From: Eledone cirrhosa | Lineage: Eukaryota | Direction: 5' to 3' | Assembly: GCA_964016885.1 (NCBI GenBank) | Contig: OZ024743.1 | Location: 119,412,001-119,476,000 of the forward strand | DNA length: 64,000 nt | Part shown: in pieces, positions 1-13,077 of the stretch | How the letters are laid out: every line of letters starts with the position of its first letter | Numbering within the stretch: position 1 is the first letter of the stretch | Notes under the pieces: generated by a model | Seen by the model: only the letters and a program-made list of their open reading frames with translations | Told to the model about the DNA's origin: nothing | Database searches by the model: none | Program-made: the position numbers and the translations under genes

Positions 1-1363
1 ACCCGCCGGCCATCCGCTCCACCATCAGATCCAGGTTTCAACAGCTCCAGACTCTCACAAACGGACTGGGCTTGATTGACGGCCACCCATCTCTCTTTCT
101 GCTGAGGAACTGCTTTGCCATGCCGAAACTCCTCTATACACTCCACAGCGCTCCGTGCTACACCCATACATCTCTCCTCACTGACCTCGATACTTGTATC
201 CGAGCAGCAGCCGTTGAAATATGCAACATCAGGTTTGACGACATAGGGTGGCATAAGGACACTTTACCTGTCAGGTATGGCGGCCTTGGCCTCCGGTCCC
301 CGATCTCACTAGCTTTGCCGGCGTATCTTTTGTTGGTAACCTCGTGCCGCGTCTTCGTCAGCAGGGTTCTTCAAAACACAACAAAACCCTCTGTGTTCAG
401 AGAACGTGAGGCCGCCTGTGAGACGTGGGACTGGCTGGGACTTAGCCCAGTAGATGTCCCTCCTCCTTCACCCCCTGTTGACGTCAAGTCCCCCCAACGC
501 ACTTGGGATGCCATCCAGTGCATCCTGGCCTCAGACAGGCTCACGCGCCAGCTCGACCAGCACCGCCTTGCTTGTTTTCGTGCGGCCTCCAAACCCCACA
601 GTGGTGCCTGGTCCCATGCCCTGTCCTCCTTCTCAACTGACACGCAGCTAGACAACTATAGCCTGCGCATCGTCGTTTCCCTGAGGCTCGGCCTCCGGAT
701 CTTCCAGCCACACCAATGTCGCTGCGGTTCCACCGTGGAATCTTTCGGCCTCCACCAGCTTTCCTGTTGCCACAGTGCCGGCCGCATTCCACGCCATGCT
801 GCCCTCAACGAGGTCATTAAGCATGGCTTGGACGCTGCAGGCTTCTCTTCCCAGCTCGAGCCGGTGGGGCTGGATCGAGGGGACGACAAAAGGCCAGATG
901 GCATGACCATCTTCCCGTTCCACGGTGGCAAACCCCTCGTCTGGGATGCCACTTGCACTGACACTTTCTGCAGCCGCAACCTGGTGCAGTCTGCGACTGA
1001 CCCAGACTCTGCTGCACGTCGGGCTGAGCGGGCCAAACTACTCAAATACCGGTCGCTCTCCGACAGATTTGTGGTCGTACCCCTGGCAGTGGAGACTTCT
1101 GGTGTCCTCGGCCCCAGGGCTACCTTCTTACTCACTACCATAGGCGCTGAGCTGGCCAGCCACAGGTGTGAGCCCCGAGAGCTGGAGTGGCTTTTACAGC
1201 GCGTCTCCCTTGCTGTCCTCCGGGGAAAAGCCTTCTCGATTCTGTCCGCCGGGGCTGTGGGTGGGCCCCATCGCGTACCGTTGTAGTTGTTATGCTAACA
1301 GAATAAAGTTGCTTTAGTTTCTATGGTGACTGTTTCATTAAGAAAAAAAAAAAAAGAAAAAAA
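1..1363 (+). mobile_element. CRE-like RLE retrotransposon 3' end with poly(A) tail
   Basis: Stop at 1286, AATAAA at 1302-1307, A-rich tail at 1343-1363. Confidence 0.8.
3..1286 (+). CDS. C-terminal half of a CRE-clade non-LTR retrotransposon ORF (post-RT region, zinc knuckle, restriction-like endonuclease); runs off the window start
   Basis: The frame is open from nt 3. It contains RYGGLGLR, CRCG..GLHQLSC..RH, RPDG..WDATCTD, K..KY and PLAVETSG, the motif order of CRE/RLE elements. GC-rich relative to its flanks. Confidence 0.85.
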   Translation, partial: PPAIRSTIRSRFQQLQTLTNGLGLIDGHPSLFLLRNCFAMPKLLYTLHSAPCYTHTSLLTDLDTCIRAAAVEICNIRFDDIGWHKDTLPVRYGGLGLRSPISLALPAYLLLVTSCRVFVSRVLQNTTKPSVFREREAACETWDWLGLSPVDVPPPSPPVDVKSPQRTWDAIQCILASDRLTRQLDQHRLACFRAASKPHSGAWSHALSSFSTDTQLDNYSLRIVVSLRLGLRIFQPHQCRCGSTVESFGLHQLSCCHSAGRIPRHAALNEVIKHGLDAAGFSSQLEPVGLDRGDDKRPDGMTIFPFHGGKPLVWDATCTDTFCSRNLVQSATDPDSAARRAERAKLLKYRSLSDRFVVVPLAVETSGVLGPRATFLLTTIGAELASHRCEPRELEWLLQRVSLAVLRGKAFSILSAGAVGGPHRVPL

Positions 1364-1719
1364 GACGGAACTCTAACGTTTGGAAGTTTCATCTCAAGTA
1401 AGAAATAACAGAAAATACTAAAGGAAAAACAGTAGTGTACTTCTATGCAACAATACGCTAAATGTTGAATCTGTTGTGTGTTTCCAGAAATGGTTGACGT
1501 CTGACTTGACTGTCTATTCCTATTTTGATTGGAGTCACTATTTTTAGTTATACTCTCTGTGGTATAAGGAAGATAGATTCGATTAGAATTTCTGCTCCTT
1601 TTAGCAGTTTACATAGAAAGCAAGGATGAAATCAATAATACATTGCTAGCCAAAATGCTTGTATTTCGATCATATTACAACAATGTTTACCCTAGATTAA
1701 ATTTTGATTATACAGAAGA

Positions 1720-1900
1720 TCATTTGTTAAGAGATCAATTCTTTTATCTTATGTTACATTATTTGACCAGAGATCAAATTTTTATCTCATACCACAATAT
1801 TTGTTCATAGATCAAATTAAAAAAAAAAATTTATATCATATTATTAAGCTACAGAGAAAATTTTGATTTCAGACGCCATTGTTTGCTGAGAGATCAAAAT
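1720..1900. repeat. Degenerate ~39-bp minisatellite
   Basis: Recurring (ATTTG..)AGATCAA(A)TTT unit, about 4-5 copies. Confidence 0.45.
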
Positions 1901-3699
1901 TAAAACCTAATAGAGTAATGTGTCTAAGTGTCTGACACCACATTTTCACTTATATATATTACTTGCTATAATATTGATTATAATATTGACTTCTTACACA
2001 GAATTACAAAGTACATACGATATTACCAGTAAAACGAGAATCTTTTTGACGTTGAAATAGTTACTTGTTTTCAAAAGAGGCTCTAAGAAAACCATAACAA
2101 TGTGTTCCACTAAGAAGATAGAAGAAATCCATCGTTGCTGGTGATGGCTTGCTAGTGATTACCCTGAGCATTAATGGATGAAGTTGGAATGAATTATTGA
2201 GTCCCAGCTATCTCCGTCCCTTACAGGAAACTTGAAATTAAAAATTAGAAAGTCTGGATAAAATGGTGAAGTGGACTAAGACAATTTTAATAATCTAGTC
2301 TGAAGCTGAACATCTCTAGAAGAACGATTTTCCGCTCTCGAATTCCAAGTAACGAACGAACCAATTATATCATCAGATTGGAAATCTGTTGATCTCTTTA
2401 ACCTGCAATTGTTTAGGAGATTCGTCTACAAGTGCATGTTAATGTGGTCAATATGGATCGATTGCCGATATGATGGGATATATTGTTCAGGTAATTTTTA
2501 AATGATGCAATCGTGACGATTAGATATAAAAAGGTTCACTCCACATAAATAAGTACTTAGAACGTTAAAGCCAGAAGAACACTTTAACAATTTCTTCAAT
2601 CCACCATTATGGCTTAGTGTAGTTTTGATCCAGGAAAGTTGACCTCAGCAGGATTCGAAAGTAAAAGGGCCTGTAAAAATGTTTTAAGATATTTTACCGA
2701 TATTATCGATTCTGCTAATTTCTTCAGAAACAGTGGAAAAACAGGATAAAATGCCATAATAGAAACAAAAATATGCAAGTTGAAGATACGAGTCTATCAA
2801 TAGATAAACTAGTGCTTTATCCACTCTATCATTTCGTTCCAATTAGATATATACAACACGTTTTTAGGTTGTCTGTGCATGTCAGAACTTAATTAGAAAA
2901 GCAATATCCACTATAAAATCTAGGAAAATATTAAATATTCATTAGGTGCATGAGCATGAGTGTGTATATGCGCGTCAGTGTGTGGAGGTGTTTGTATGGA
3001 TGTGTGTTTGTGTACGTACATGCTCCTACGTGCTCATACAAGTGTACATATGTTGCTATAAGTTATTTTGAAGGTATATCTCTATATACACATACGTGTC
3101 TCTGCGATTTTATATAAATGTACATTCGTAAGGCTATATGTTCGGAAAGTTTGTCCTAATTTTCAAATTTCATTAAGAACTTATACCTGTACTTTGTATA
3201 TTAGTGGCATTCATTTTCTGGTTTGCAGAGAATTACATCATTTAATGCACCAAAGTACTGCAGCAACCTTTATATACTTGTTATTCGACTACTGTTGTTG
3301 TTGCTGTTAGTCACAGGTGAAAGTAGACCGATCAGACCTATGAAGAGATAGTCAGAAGAGATCCACAGAACAATTGCTCTAGATATGGTGTCTAACATCC
3401 TAGTTGAAAACCATACAGTGCACTCCAGTATTGCAGTGATTTATCAAGCGGGTTATTGTGTGGAGGCGCCATCGCTAGAATATATATAACAACAACGATG
3501 ACTAGGGACAAGCTGAACTTTAGAAAAGTCTTGCACATTTTACTGTTCTGCTTACATGTTATATTTTCAAAAGTGATAGTTAATTTGTCACTGTGCCTAT
3601 TTGGCTTTCTGTACACTGAGTTTAGTTAACTAGAGTTAATGGTTTGTTAGATTAGGTATACTTATGGTTAAGATCAAATTGGATGTGTATATGCACTTG

Positions 3700-4790
3700 G
3701 AAACTGATGATGGCTATAGCATTAGTATTTAGGCTTGTTACTGGCTCCTCTAATCTACCACAAGGCTGACATTGAATGTGGTAAAGCAGGTGAAATGCTT
3801 GCACTTCAGGAGAGGTTTCGTCAGCCATCTATTCTATCCATGACTGCCTGCCTAAAATATTCCAGCATCTGAAGAGTCACAGGTAGGCGTTAACAGAACT
3901 ATAATGACCATTTTAAGCTGTGGGCAATCCCTATTTGACTCATAGATAGAAATATAATCTTTGTAGGATAGCCAGAACGACTTTATTTGAGGTCTAGAAG
4001 GTGTAGAGACGGGTTGATTTCACTTTTCCCACCATGAAATTGGCTAAAAGCTAGCATAATTCTTAAGAAAGGTGATCTTTCTTCTCCCACAAAACTACCA
4101 GGTAATATCATTGAAGCCAGTTGCTGACGAAGTCTATAATAATATAATACTAAACTGACTTGTTCAATCGATCCATTCCTTCAAATGAACCCAAACAGTT
4201 TTAGATGAGGAAGATCTACTCTTGTTCAAATTTTGGTTGAAGAAATAAGAAATTCCAACAGGGATATGTTTTTGTAGAAGGAAATGAAATTATGAGAACT
4301 AACGATGTAATGTGTTTTGGTTCAGAAAAGCCCATTCGTGGTCACCTTGACAGAATCTGGCGTTCCAACGTACCAAAAGACTCCTCCAATTTACAATACA
4401 ACTAATACTTCTTTATGCTCCGTAAACCTCGACACTTACTATTATAGTGAAAGCGCCTCGATGGAGAAAATGCATCCTTGCCTCCTTCGCCTCAAAACAT
4501 AAGTGTGCTGGGGGGTTTAAGACTCTTAGAGAAATATACGATGGGCTCCCTGGTATTTATGATGTTGTATCAAAGAGGATTACGTGATTTCCTGGCAATA
4601 TGCATCATGCCAAGAATTGAGTGGCGTCTGCTTTTACGCTTTGGAGACCAACATTTTATCAAAATTCAAAGAGTTAGCAAGTTCAATCCAGATGTTATAG
4701 CCAGAAATTCTGGAATTCATGCTCAGGATTTAGGCAATGCAAAAAGCGACAGACCTTCGCGATTGCCACTTAGACATTTACTTACATAGG
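3700..4790 (+). pseudogene. Decayed LINE (RTE-like) reverse-transcriptase fragment
   Basis: At ~4040-4270, frameshifted WLKASII..KKGDLS.P.NY, VYNNIILN and IDPFLQMNPNSFR*GRSTLVQIL resemble RT domains 1-2 (NQ.GFR.GRST). Outer limits are approximate. Confidence 0.6.
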
Positions 4791-5836
4791 CAAATGTAAC
4801 TAATTATATGTAAATAATGTGAATACATAATCTGGACAGAGAAGTTGTAGATTTTGAAGCAATTGTCCGTAAATTTTCTCTCTCTCATTGATTTTGGAAA
4901 AAATGTCCATATTTGCAAAGCAACAGAAATCTATACATGTTTATTATTTCCTTCTTTCTATCTCAAGTGTTATATTCGCGATTGGCGAGTGTTTTAATGG
5001 GAATGTCCCGCGTATATGTCTTATATTGAAATTATATGTGTATGCAACAACAGAATGTTTTTCTAGCATAATACAAAGGCAGTTTTTCCTGTTAGTGGAA
5101 TTATATGTTGCTTCAGCAACGACATCATGCAGTATTACAAGGCTTATTTGGATATTTTCTGGCCACAAGTGTAATATCTTCCACAGATTTTCTGTTGAAG
5201 CATAAGGATTTATGGGCGTCACTGTCACTTTTGTATTTTGTAGCCAACTCCTACACGTGAATTGCAATCATATAAGTTTGCAAGGGCTACAATGCTTGTA
5301 AATATTAGCATTGTCCTAAAATCCACCAGAAATATATCCATGCATAACTTATATTAATACTTTTTTATGCTTTGTTTTTGTATTTCTTCTATATTTTTGT
5401 TGAAGTACATTAGTATAGCAATTTGGGGCTCGCATGTACCTTCATTAGAAAGTGAGTACTCATTGAGGCTTTTAGTAACGAAAAGTAAGATGATGCGTGT
5501 AAAATTTTAGTACGAGTACTGGTACTGAAAACACATATCTGGTTGTATTTAGGAACGTTCCAACAAGCATATATATATATGTATATTTACATACGTATAG
5601 GTGTAAAATTTCCTCTGCCTGATTGGGGTTTTAGCCTTTATTTTGACTGTCGATTTGTTTTCGCGCCATCATTTGTACAATCGTTAGTTTTTTAAATCGT
5701 TCGGATCTCTTTATTCTTTCAGATGAATTGTTTTATTTATATAGTATGAATTGTTGAATTACATTCGTTCTCTGAGAATCCATGTTCGACCTTACTTTGA
5801 TCTAGGTAGACTGGCTCATAGCTTGTAGAATTAATG

Positions 5837-6000
5837 ATAATTGTTTCTACTTTAGGCACAAGGCCAGCAATAACCCAGTGCATTACTGGTGCTTTATTTT
5901 ATCGACCCCGTCAGGATGAAAGGCAAAGTCAACCTCGGCGGGATTTGAACTCAGATCGTAAAGGGACGTAACTATATTGGAAAGCATGGCGTCCGACCCT
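5837..6000 (-). mobile_element. tRNA-derived SINE (5'-truncated)
   Basis: Matches the family at 35464-35650. Apparent ATGATAAT target-site duplication (TSD). Confidence 0.85.
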
Positions 6001-7159
6001 CATGATAATGAATATAAAGTGATGCCTATTTTGTGTAATAGATTTTCAGATTTCGCATTAATGTTTCATAGATGTTAATATCTCTTGTATTTTTTAACAA
6101 ATTGATATGAAGGAGGTAGAATATTTCTTTTTACCAAAATAATTTCATTGGGTTTTAATTTGGTTTATGCTTTTATATTTCAGTTACCCCATTATTATGT
6201 TGATTCATTGGTCTTATTATGTTCACTTTTATTAATTGTTATTACCTTTATTTTTTATACCATTCGGTGTTAGTTTGACTATCCCATCATGCATTATGAG
6301 AGTGAAGTATCTGAAGTATCTGAAGACCATTCCTTCACAGATGGCAAGAATATAGCTAATGTCCTCTATTTTGCATTCACACAGATTACTTTCTTTGTCA
6401 GATGCGCAGGAGATATATTGACGGTATTCTTGTTTACAGATTCCATTGAAGAACATCCAGAATAAGACGTTAAAAACTTGTGCTATATTTCATCAGGATT
6501 TTAAAGGGAATCATTCTCTCCATAGACTTTGTTTTTCGTTGCCCATGTTCAGTACATTATTCTTAGTGAATGAGTTCACTAGTTTTTGTTTGCTTGTTTT
6601 TTCATGTTTGTGCTATAATTGGGTTTTCAATGTTCATTGGGGAGAAATTAGTGTAAATATTTAGTTCATGTTTGTCTTTAAGTTCATTAGATATCCCAAT
6701 GAAGTTCTTATTTAAGCGTTGATAAAATTGAGCAAGGTAGTTACTGAGCTCTGTTCCTCCGGTAGGGTTGTTGATTCGGTGTTACAATGTGCATTACATA
6801 TGATATTACACAACTGCCTTCATGCATGTAGAATATAATTTGAAATTTGTCTACATCCCTACAGATGTTTAAAATTCCAGTAACGCTCAATATTATCCGA
6901 GTTATGATATCAATTAAGCTTGTTACCACATTTAAAAAGCCAAATTTAAGTATAGGGATAAACATTGCAAAGGTATTGTAAGCGACATGGTGATAACCAT
7001 ACTTTACTCTCATGATGTATTCATTGGTTACAGCCTCCAGGGGTAAATCATAGCTGACATTTTCATTTGTTTTAAACAAATTACAATTTACAACTGGCTG
7101 CATACGCCATTTAATTTTCAATTTTTCTGTAGAGAACAAATCCGCCCCCATGTCTTATA

Positions 7160-7590
7160 TGTCTATGTACGTATGTTCTTCTGGTTTTATAATTTTATAA
7201 TTTTTTACCAATAGATAGAGAGTCGGTTTCTAACATAGATACAAGACTCTCTCATTGGAATTTAAACAATATCAACTATGTATATATGTATGCATATGTG
7301 TGCAGGTGTAAATGTTATTGTATGCGTGGATGTGGATGTTTTGAGTTATATGTGTGCGTGTGAGAATGCTTTGTATCTATCTGTACATGTGTACATGCAA
7401 TTATAGATGCAGAATTTTTGGAATACTTTATATATTTTTACTGTTCCATTAATGGATTGTACTTGTAATTTCCTAACTAGTCGTGTTCTTTCTGTTTCTG
7501 TGAAGCCCAGCTTCTCAAGATTTCTACTGAGGCAGTTACTAATATACCCCAGAACCCCAATAATCACAGTTATAAATCTGAAGGGTAGTC
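7160..7590 (-). mobile_element. 3' end of an R4/Dong-like RLE retrotransposon, copy 1
   Basis: Minus frame IIGVLGYI..LEKLGF..KLQVQSINGTVKIYKVF is a typical RLE C-terminus, followed by a 3' UTR and a (CATA)n-like tail. Confidence 0.7.
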
Positions 7591-7640
7591 AGGGTGGAGT
7601 TTCTGTAGATTTCTCATTAGTTCTGCATAGATATTCTCCG

Positions 7641-7945
7641 TATGTATGTATGTATGTACGTTCTTCTGGTTTTATAATTTCACATAGGTTTACCAATAGA
7701 GAGAGAGTTGGTTTCTAACATAGACACAAGACTCTCTCATTGGAATTTACACATCAACTAGGTAGATATGCATGCATGTGTAGATATGGATGTTATTGTA
7801 TGTGTGGATGTGGATGTTTTGAGTTGTATGTATGCATGTGTATATGCTTTGCATCTGTACATGTGTATATGCAGTTATTAGATGCAAAGTTTTTGGAATG
7901 TTTTACATATTTTTACTGTTCCATTAATGGATTGTACTTGCAATT
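7641..7945 (-). mobile_element. Same R4/Dong-like family, copy 2 (5'-truncated), flanked by (TATG)n
   Basis: Near-identical to 7165-7470. (TATG)n-TACG occurs on both sides (7641-7660 and ~7946-7993). Confidence 0.75.
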
Positions 7946-8429
7946 TATGTATGTATGTATGTATGTATGTATGTATGTATGTATGTATGTACGCCTGTGT
8001 GTGTGTGTGTGTGTGTGCGCGCATGATTTTCTTTGCAATTTATTTTAATTCTTCACTGACGAAGTCACAAAACATTTTGGTTTGAGTTAAGACTGCCAGA
8101 GATTTGTAAATATCCGAGAGAATTAATATGAGAATATACTAGTGTATATGTGAATAATTTTTCACTCATAGTATGAGTAAACATTTTTCATTAGTAGACG
8201 AATATATGTGTTTGTGTGTGTGCATCTGTGTATGATCACTATTTATGAATGTGTCTGTATACCATATGCATGCATATGATTGTGTACATGTATGGATTAC
8301 AATAATTTCAAAAGTAGAATATTTGAAATTTTTCACAGTTCCAGGAGGGAATATTCTTTCATTCAACATAGTATCCTCTAGCTTGCAGGATATATATGTA
8401 TACATAACTTTCTGTTGGTATAATTAATG

Positions 8430-8617
8430 GTTTCTTATATAGGCACAAGGCCAACAATTTTGAGGGAGGGGAAAGTCGATTAAATCGACCCCTGTGCGTG
8501 ACTGGTACTTTATTTTATCAGCCCCGTAAGAATGAAAGGCAAAGTTAACCTCGGCAGAATTTGAACTCAGACCATAAAGCGCCGTAACTCTTTGCTGAAA
8601 AGTATGGCGTTCGACTC
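8430..8617 (-). mobile_element. tRNA-derived SINE with 19-bp TSD
   Basis: TCTGTTGGTATAATTAATG at 8411-8429 and 8618-8636; the body matches the SINE family. Confidence 0.9.
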
Positions 8618-9306
8618 TCTGTTGGTATAATTAATGCTTCTCCTCCAAGCTATGTATGGGTAGATTAGTTTAGCTATTCTTAGAACAGTTGTATATATTC
8701 AAATGTTATTCTTTGATTCTCAAGATGCCATTTTTCCAGATGATATCACTTGTAATATATTCATTTCTTCTGATACTGATTAGCAGGTATTGTCAAAATG
8801 GTACGATGTGACACACACACACAGATACCCTTTAGACTGATTTTACACCTCTATCTCTATCATTCCTTTTAACATAGAAACTGTGTCGCTGTTGAGGAAG
8901 AAGGTAGTAGTGGTATTTAGTAACTTCCTAGTCTTTATTTCCAAGATGCAGATCTCTTCATAAGTTTTGTCTATATTCTAAACACTTTGTACAAGCACTG
9001 GACTTATTTAATGTATCTTCAAAGTGATCTTTTTTTTACCTAGCTTTACTTGCAACACTAATCTATGCATCAATTTGAAGATGTTAGACATACCATTGAT
9101 ATATATATCCTTCATCTACTCACTAATATTACCCCCATTGCCTACCAAATATGCTCATTTGTCTTTATCAAACCCAATTCTAATGTGAATTGAGGATGTG
9201 GTCACCAGCAGTTTGTTTTTTTTTGCGTCATAAATATTACCTGAATATTGCTTAACATAGTTGACAATAAAGGCGTAGGTGACATTCAATTTTCTTTCTT
9301 TTGCAG

Positions 9307-9351
9307 ATCCGAAAATGCAGCATTGTCATTCCTCAACAACGCTGACAAGAG
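9307..9351 (+). other. Candidate 45-nt host exon
   Basis: Strong acceptor ttttctttcttttgcag and donor AG|GTTCGT; two frames are open. No homology recognised. Confidence 0.2.
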
Positions 9352-9524
9352 GTTCGTTGCCTACATGAAAATCATCACAAACTAGATGCCACCCTAAACA
9401 AATTTCCATCGATAAACTAATTCTGTTTGTGACTATAGTAGTTTCCGATTGTAGTCAAACTGGTGTGCACTGTATAATAGATATTACATACACTGACACA
9501 TACACACACATATACAAACTTGCT

Positions 9525-9690
9525 TGTATGTATGTATGCTCTTCTGGTTTTATAATTTCACAAACTTTTGCCAATAGAGTGAGAGTCGGTTTCTAACATA
9601 GTTAAAAGACTCTCTCATTGGAAGTTACACGACATCAACTAGGTAGATATGTATGCATATCTGCATGCATGTATGTATGTTTGAATTTAT
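9525..9690 (-). mobile_element. R4/Dong-like 3' UTR, copy 3
   Basis: Same TTCTGGTTTTATAATT..GGTTTCTAACATAG..GACTCTCTCATTGGAA block with (TATG)n. Confidence 0.7.
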
Positions 9691-9699
9691 GTATGAATG

Positions 9700-10190
9700 C
9701 ATTGTGCAAAGGACTCATTGAAAAAGCTGGTTTGATGGTGGCTGACTGGGAGATAGAAGCACTTGGAAGAGAAACTTGGCGTGGAATGGTGAATGATAGG
9801 GTCCATAATTTTGAGGACAGACGCATAGAGCGCAAGAGGATCAAACGGGAAGCGCGTAAGCAATCATCTGGTGTATCTTTTGAAACGATCGGTGTCTCTA
9901 TTGAATTGGTGAGCCCTGAGTGTGGAAAGATTTGCTTAAGCAAATCTGGTCTCAGGAGCCACAGATATGTTCAACGAGAACCAGTGAACTATGATCTCCA
10001 TTGTATTTTGAAGGTTCACAAGTAACCTGATGCAAGACCTGAGGCCAGGGATATCCATAGTTGTCGTCAATATGCGAAGGAGTGCAAGTCCCTAGCAGCC
10101 TTGAAAAGCCATATCCGAGCGTCACACACCTGAATCTAACAAGCGATTGCAATACACTTAGTAGAATTTGAAGCCATCATGTATGTATGT
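9700..10190 (+). mobile_element. 3' end of an RTE-clade LINE with C2H2 fingers and a TATG tail
   Basis: WEIEALGRETWRGMV..FEDRR..KR..RK, PECGKICLSKSGLRSH and CRQYAKECKSLAALKSHIRASH; ends gccatcATGTATGTATGT. Confidence 0.75.
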
Positions 10191-11139
10191 CGCACATTCA
10201 GTGCAAATATAATAAGCTCAGTTTATTTGCCATGTGTGTGGCTGCATATTCCTGTCAAACCCAGGACTCCAAAGCCGAATCAGGAGTCACATAGGCAACC
10301 CATCAGTAGATTATGCTTATTTTTACCGTTAGTTCAAAAACACAGATTTAATTTGCAGTCTCTGTGGGAAATTCTGTAAGTCTCCTGACAATACATATTG
10401 CATAACACATATATTTATATATTATATCAGGTCGCTTCTAAGCGCTACTGGTAATATGTTACCCATTACAAATTGTTGCATTGTCGGGTTGCCGAAAACT
10501 AAACCGGTAACTCCACCAGGAAAGTCAACGGCTATCTAATAAATATGTATATTATATATGTATATTATATACTTTTTTATGTATTTTATATGTATATATT
10601 TGTGTTTATCAATATGTTTCTATCTTTTTTATCTTTTCAATTTTTACTTTTTCTTTAAACTTCTGGCCTTTCCGTGTGGCTTCGCTAAATGTAGGGGTGA
10701 GGGCGGGTCCTGGTGCCTTAAATCTAGTGCTTTATCAAGTCAACCATCAATTAATCTGTGACATGACTGCATTTAACAAGTGGCATAGCGTGCACAAGTA
10801 CAAGCAAAATCTACTATAAGCAAATTCAAAGTGAAAGTCGTTTAACAGAAGGACAAAGGCAACTGCTTCGGCGATGAAGTGATGGTGAAGAGGATAGGTG
10901 GAGGATACCACTGGAGATCTCAAACATGAGCTTTGCACGTATGGTGGTAAGAAGTAGATGTCCGTTCTGTAAAACACCCGTAAGCAATTTCACAGCCCTC
11001 GTCCTATTCTTATCTATTATACAAAGCAACCATATTTAAGATGGCACTGATTTCCCGGAAATAGGAGGGGACTAGAAAATTGTTTGCTCACTTAATCCTT
11101 TCACGATGCTGCAAGTGACCGAACGTTCAATGTTGCAGT

Positions 11140-12600
11140 CGAAACAATACAAGAAATATCCTAAACTCCAGAAATGAAAGAAAGGGGTTATGGTGGCTTG
11201 GTATGTACGTACATCGCAAGATCACAAAAAACAACCAGAGCAGAGAACAGCCATTGTTGCACGTGTTCAGAAGGAAAAACGCAGAGCTGCCTTGTCAGAA
11301 ACAGACATCCAGACTCTGGTTAGCTTAAGGAAATATGCGGGGGTTACACCTTCTTTTGGGTTGGCAAACCTGAAACTGAAAAATCAAGAATTTGGAGTAG
11401 GCTTTGCCATTAGAACTGGCATTGCACAACACTTTGAATCTTTGCAAACGAGCATAAATGAACGTCATGTGTATTTGCGACTTCCATATCACCTTGATGG
11501 GATGCTAGGCCCCAACCTTGAACACTTATGAGATTATCAGAAATCAGTTTTATTCTGATTTTCGTGAATTTTTAAACCGTGTGCAAAGACATGGTGATTT
11601 AAATGCTCGTGTTGAGACCATCTTAACTGGCAAAATTGCTTTGATAAACATGGCATAAGTAAAGTCAATTCAAATGGACTTTCTTTGCCCCCTCTATGCA
11701 GCGAGTTTTATCTCTATAACAAATACCTTGATTCAACAGGCCAACAAATATAAAATCACCTGGAGGCAACCTAGATCAGACGATGGGAATATGCTTGATT
11801 ATGTCATGGTGTGCAGCCACAATAAAAGTGATTATAAATTATCTTGGCATTTTCACTCGACAGAGTGTTGAATAGACCTTGCTTTAGTACATTATTGCAT
11901 GAAAATAAAACTAAAGCCAGAATAAACAATACCGGAAACAACTTCCAAATAAACATCACTAAGCTCAAAACTGATAGAACAAGAAAACCTTAATGATTTA
12001 GATAAAACTCTGCAGAACATAAACATCATGGAAAATATATAGGAATGGTGAAACCCTGAATAAGCAATTTCAAGAAATGTACTGACTACACATAAAATTG
12101 AAAGCAGACAAATATAATTCTCAAAAGAAAAATCATTACAAAGTGGCAGAAAACACAATTCAAGCGAAGCTACTCAAAATGAAGGCAAAATAGAGGGATG
12201 TAAAACCGAAAGCTCTTCAGGAATCATCTGACAGTCACGACATGAACATTTTTATCGAAATTTGAAGGGAATGTTTGGACAAAGCAGGAATGGATGTTAT
12301 CACATCCTATCAGCTGATGGCAATCACTTGACAAATCGGCAGGATATAATAAAGCGTTGGGTACAGCCTTGAAAGAAGTACTCAACGGGGAATCAAATGC
12401 TGATACAAATGTGATAGAAAACCTCCCCCGAGGACCAATTGTATATTCTCTTGCAAATACTCCATCCACAGTAGAGGTGAATGCAGCTATTAAACAACTG
12501 AAAATGGGAAGGCTACAGGTGAGAATGGCATACCTAGAGAAATTCTTATGTGCGGAGGCAATGTTCTCATACAGAGAGTCACTGAACTTTTTTTTACTGG
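11140..12600 (+). pseudogene. Decayed RTE LINE ORF (APE endonuclease to start of RT)
   Basis: AWYVRT..EQRTAIVAR..AALSET, GVGFAI, GDLNARV, TWRQPRS..LDYV and PSTVEVNAAIKQLK, with many frameshifts. Confidence 0.8.
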
Positions 12601-12990
12601 TAAAATATACAAATTACACGAAAATAAAAGGCTGTCGTTCGGTTGAGAGATCGATAATCACATTAACATTCATAAATGGGATTAAACATGATTTAGTTTA
12701 TTCAAACTTCCTAAATGAATTTAGAATAATGCTGTCTGCCACTTCAGGAAATAAATTGCGAGATATCAAGGTGTGAATATTTTCAAATAAGATGTCGACA
12801 ATATATCCATTAAAGAGGTATATATAAAATACAACACAGTTGAGGTAACCCATTGTTCGTTTGTTTCAATATCGATTATTCAATTATGTTGATTAAAATC
12901 ATAAGCCACTGGAATTTCCGTAAGCTGGTGGGTATATATATATATATATATAGTAATAATAATAAATTTAAACTTTAATCTGTTATTTTA

Positions 12991-13043
<53 letters not shown>

Positions 13044-13077
13044 CACATGTATATACATATATATATATATAATAAAA

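Larger units (their letters stand above)
6180..8780 (-). pseudogene. Possible decayed HEPN(DZIP3-like)+P-loop NTPase gene interrupted by retroelements
   Basis: Minus-strand protein-like segments with scattered stops: ERIFPPGTVKNFKYSTFEII, EYIMRVKYGYHHVAYNT..F...IIDIITRI-like, LAQFYQRL..ELNIYT and NGICKQ. The resemblance was judged by eye only. Confidence 0.3.

Noticed and set aside
371-1143. Overlapping antisense and alternate-frame ORFs in the CRE element
   Set aside because: Expected by-products of a GC-rich coding strand.
2100-2560. Possible minus-strand LINE C-terminal relic
   Set aside because: Only a faint PKQL-like trace; too weak to call.
8055-8085. CTGACGA motif (also isolated CTGANGA at ~3704, 39504, 44197)
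   Set aside because: No supporting stems or correctly placed GAAA/UH.
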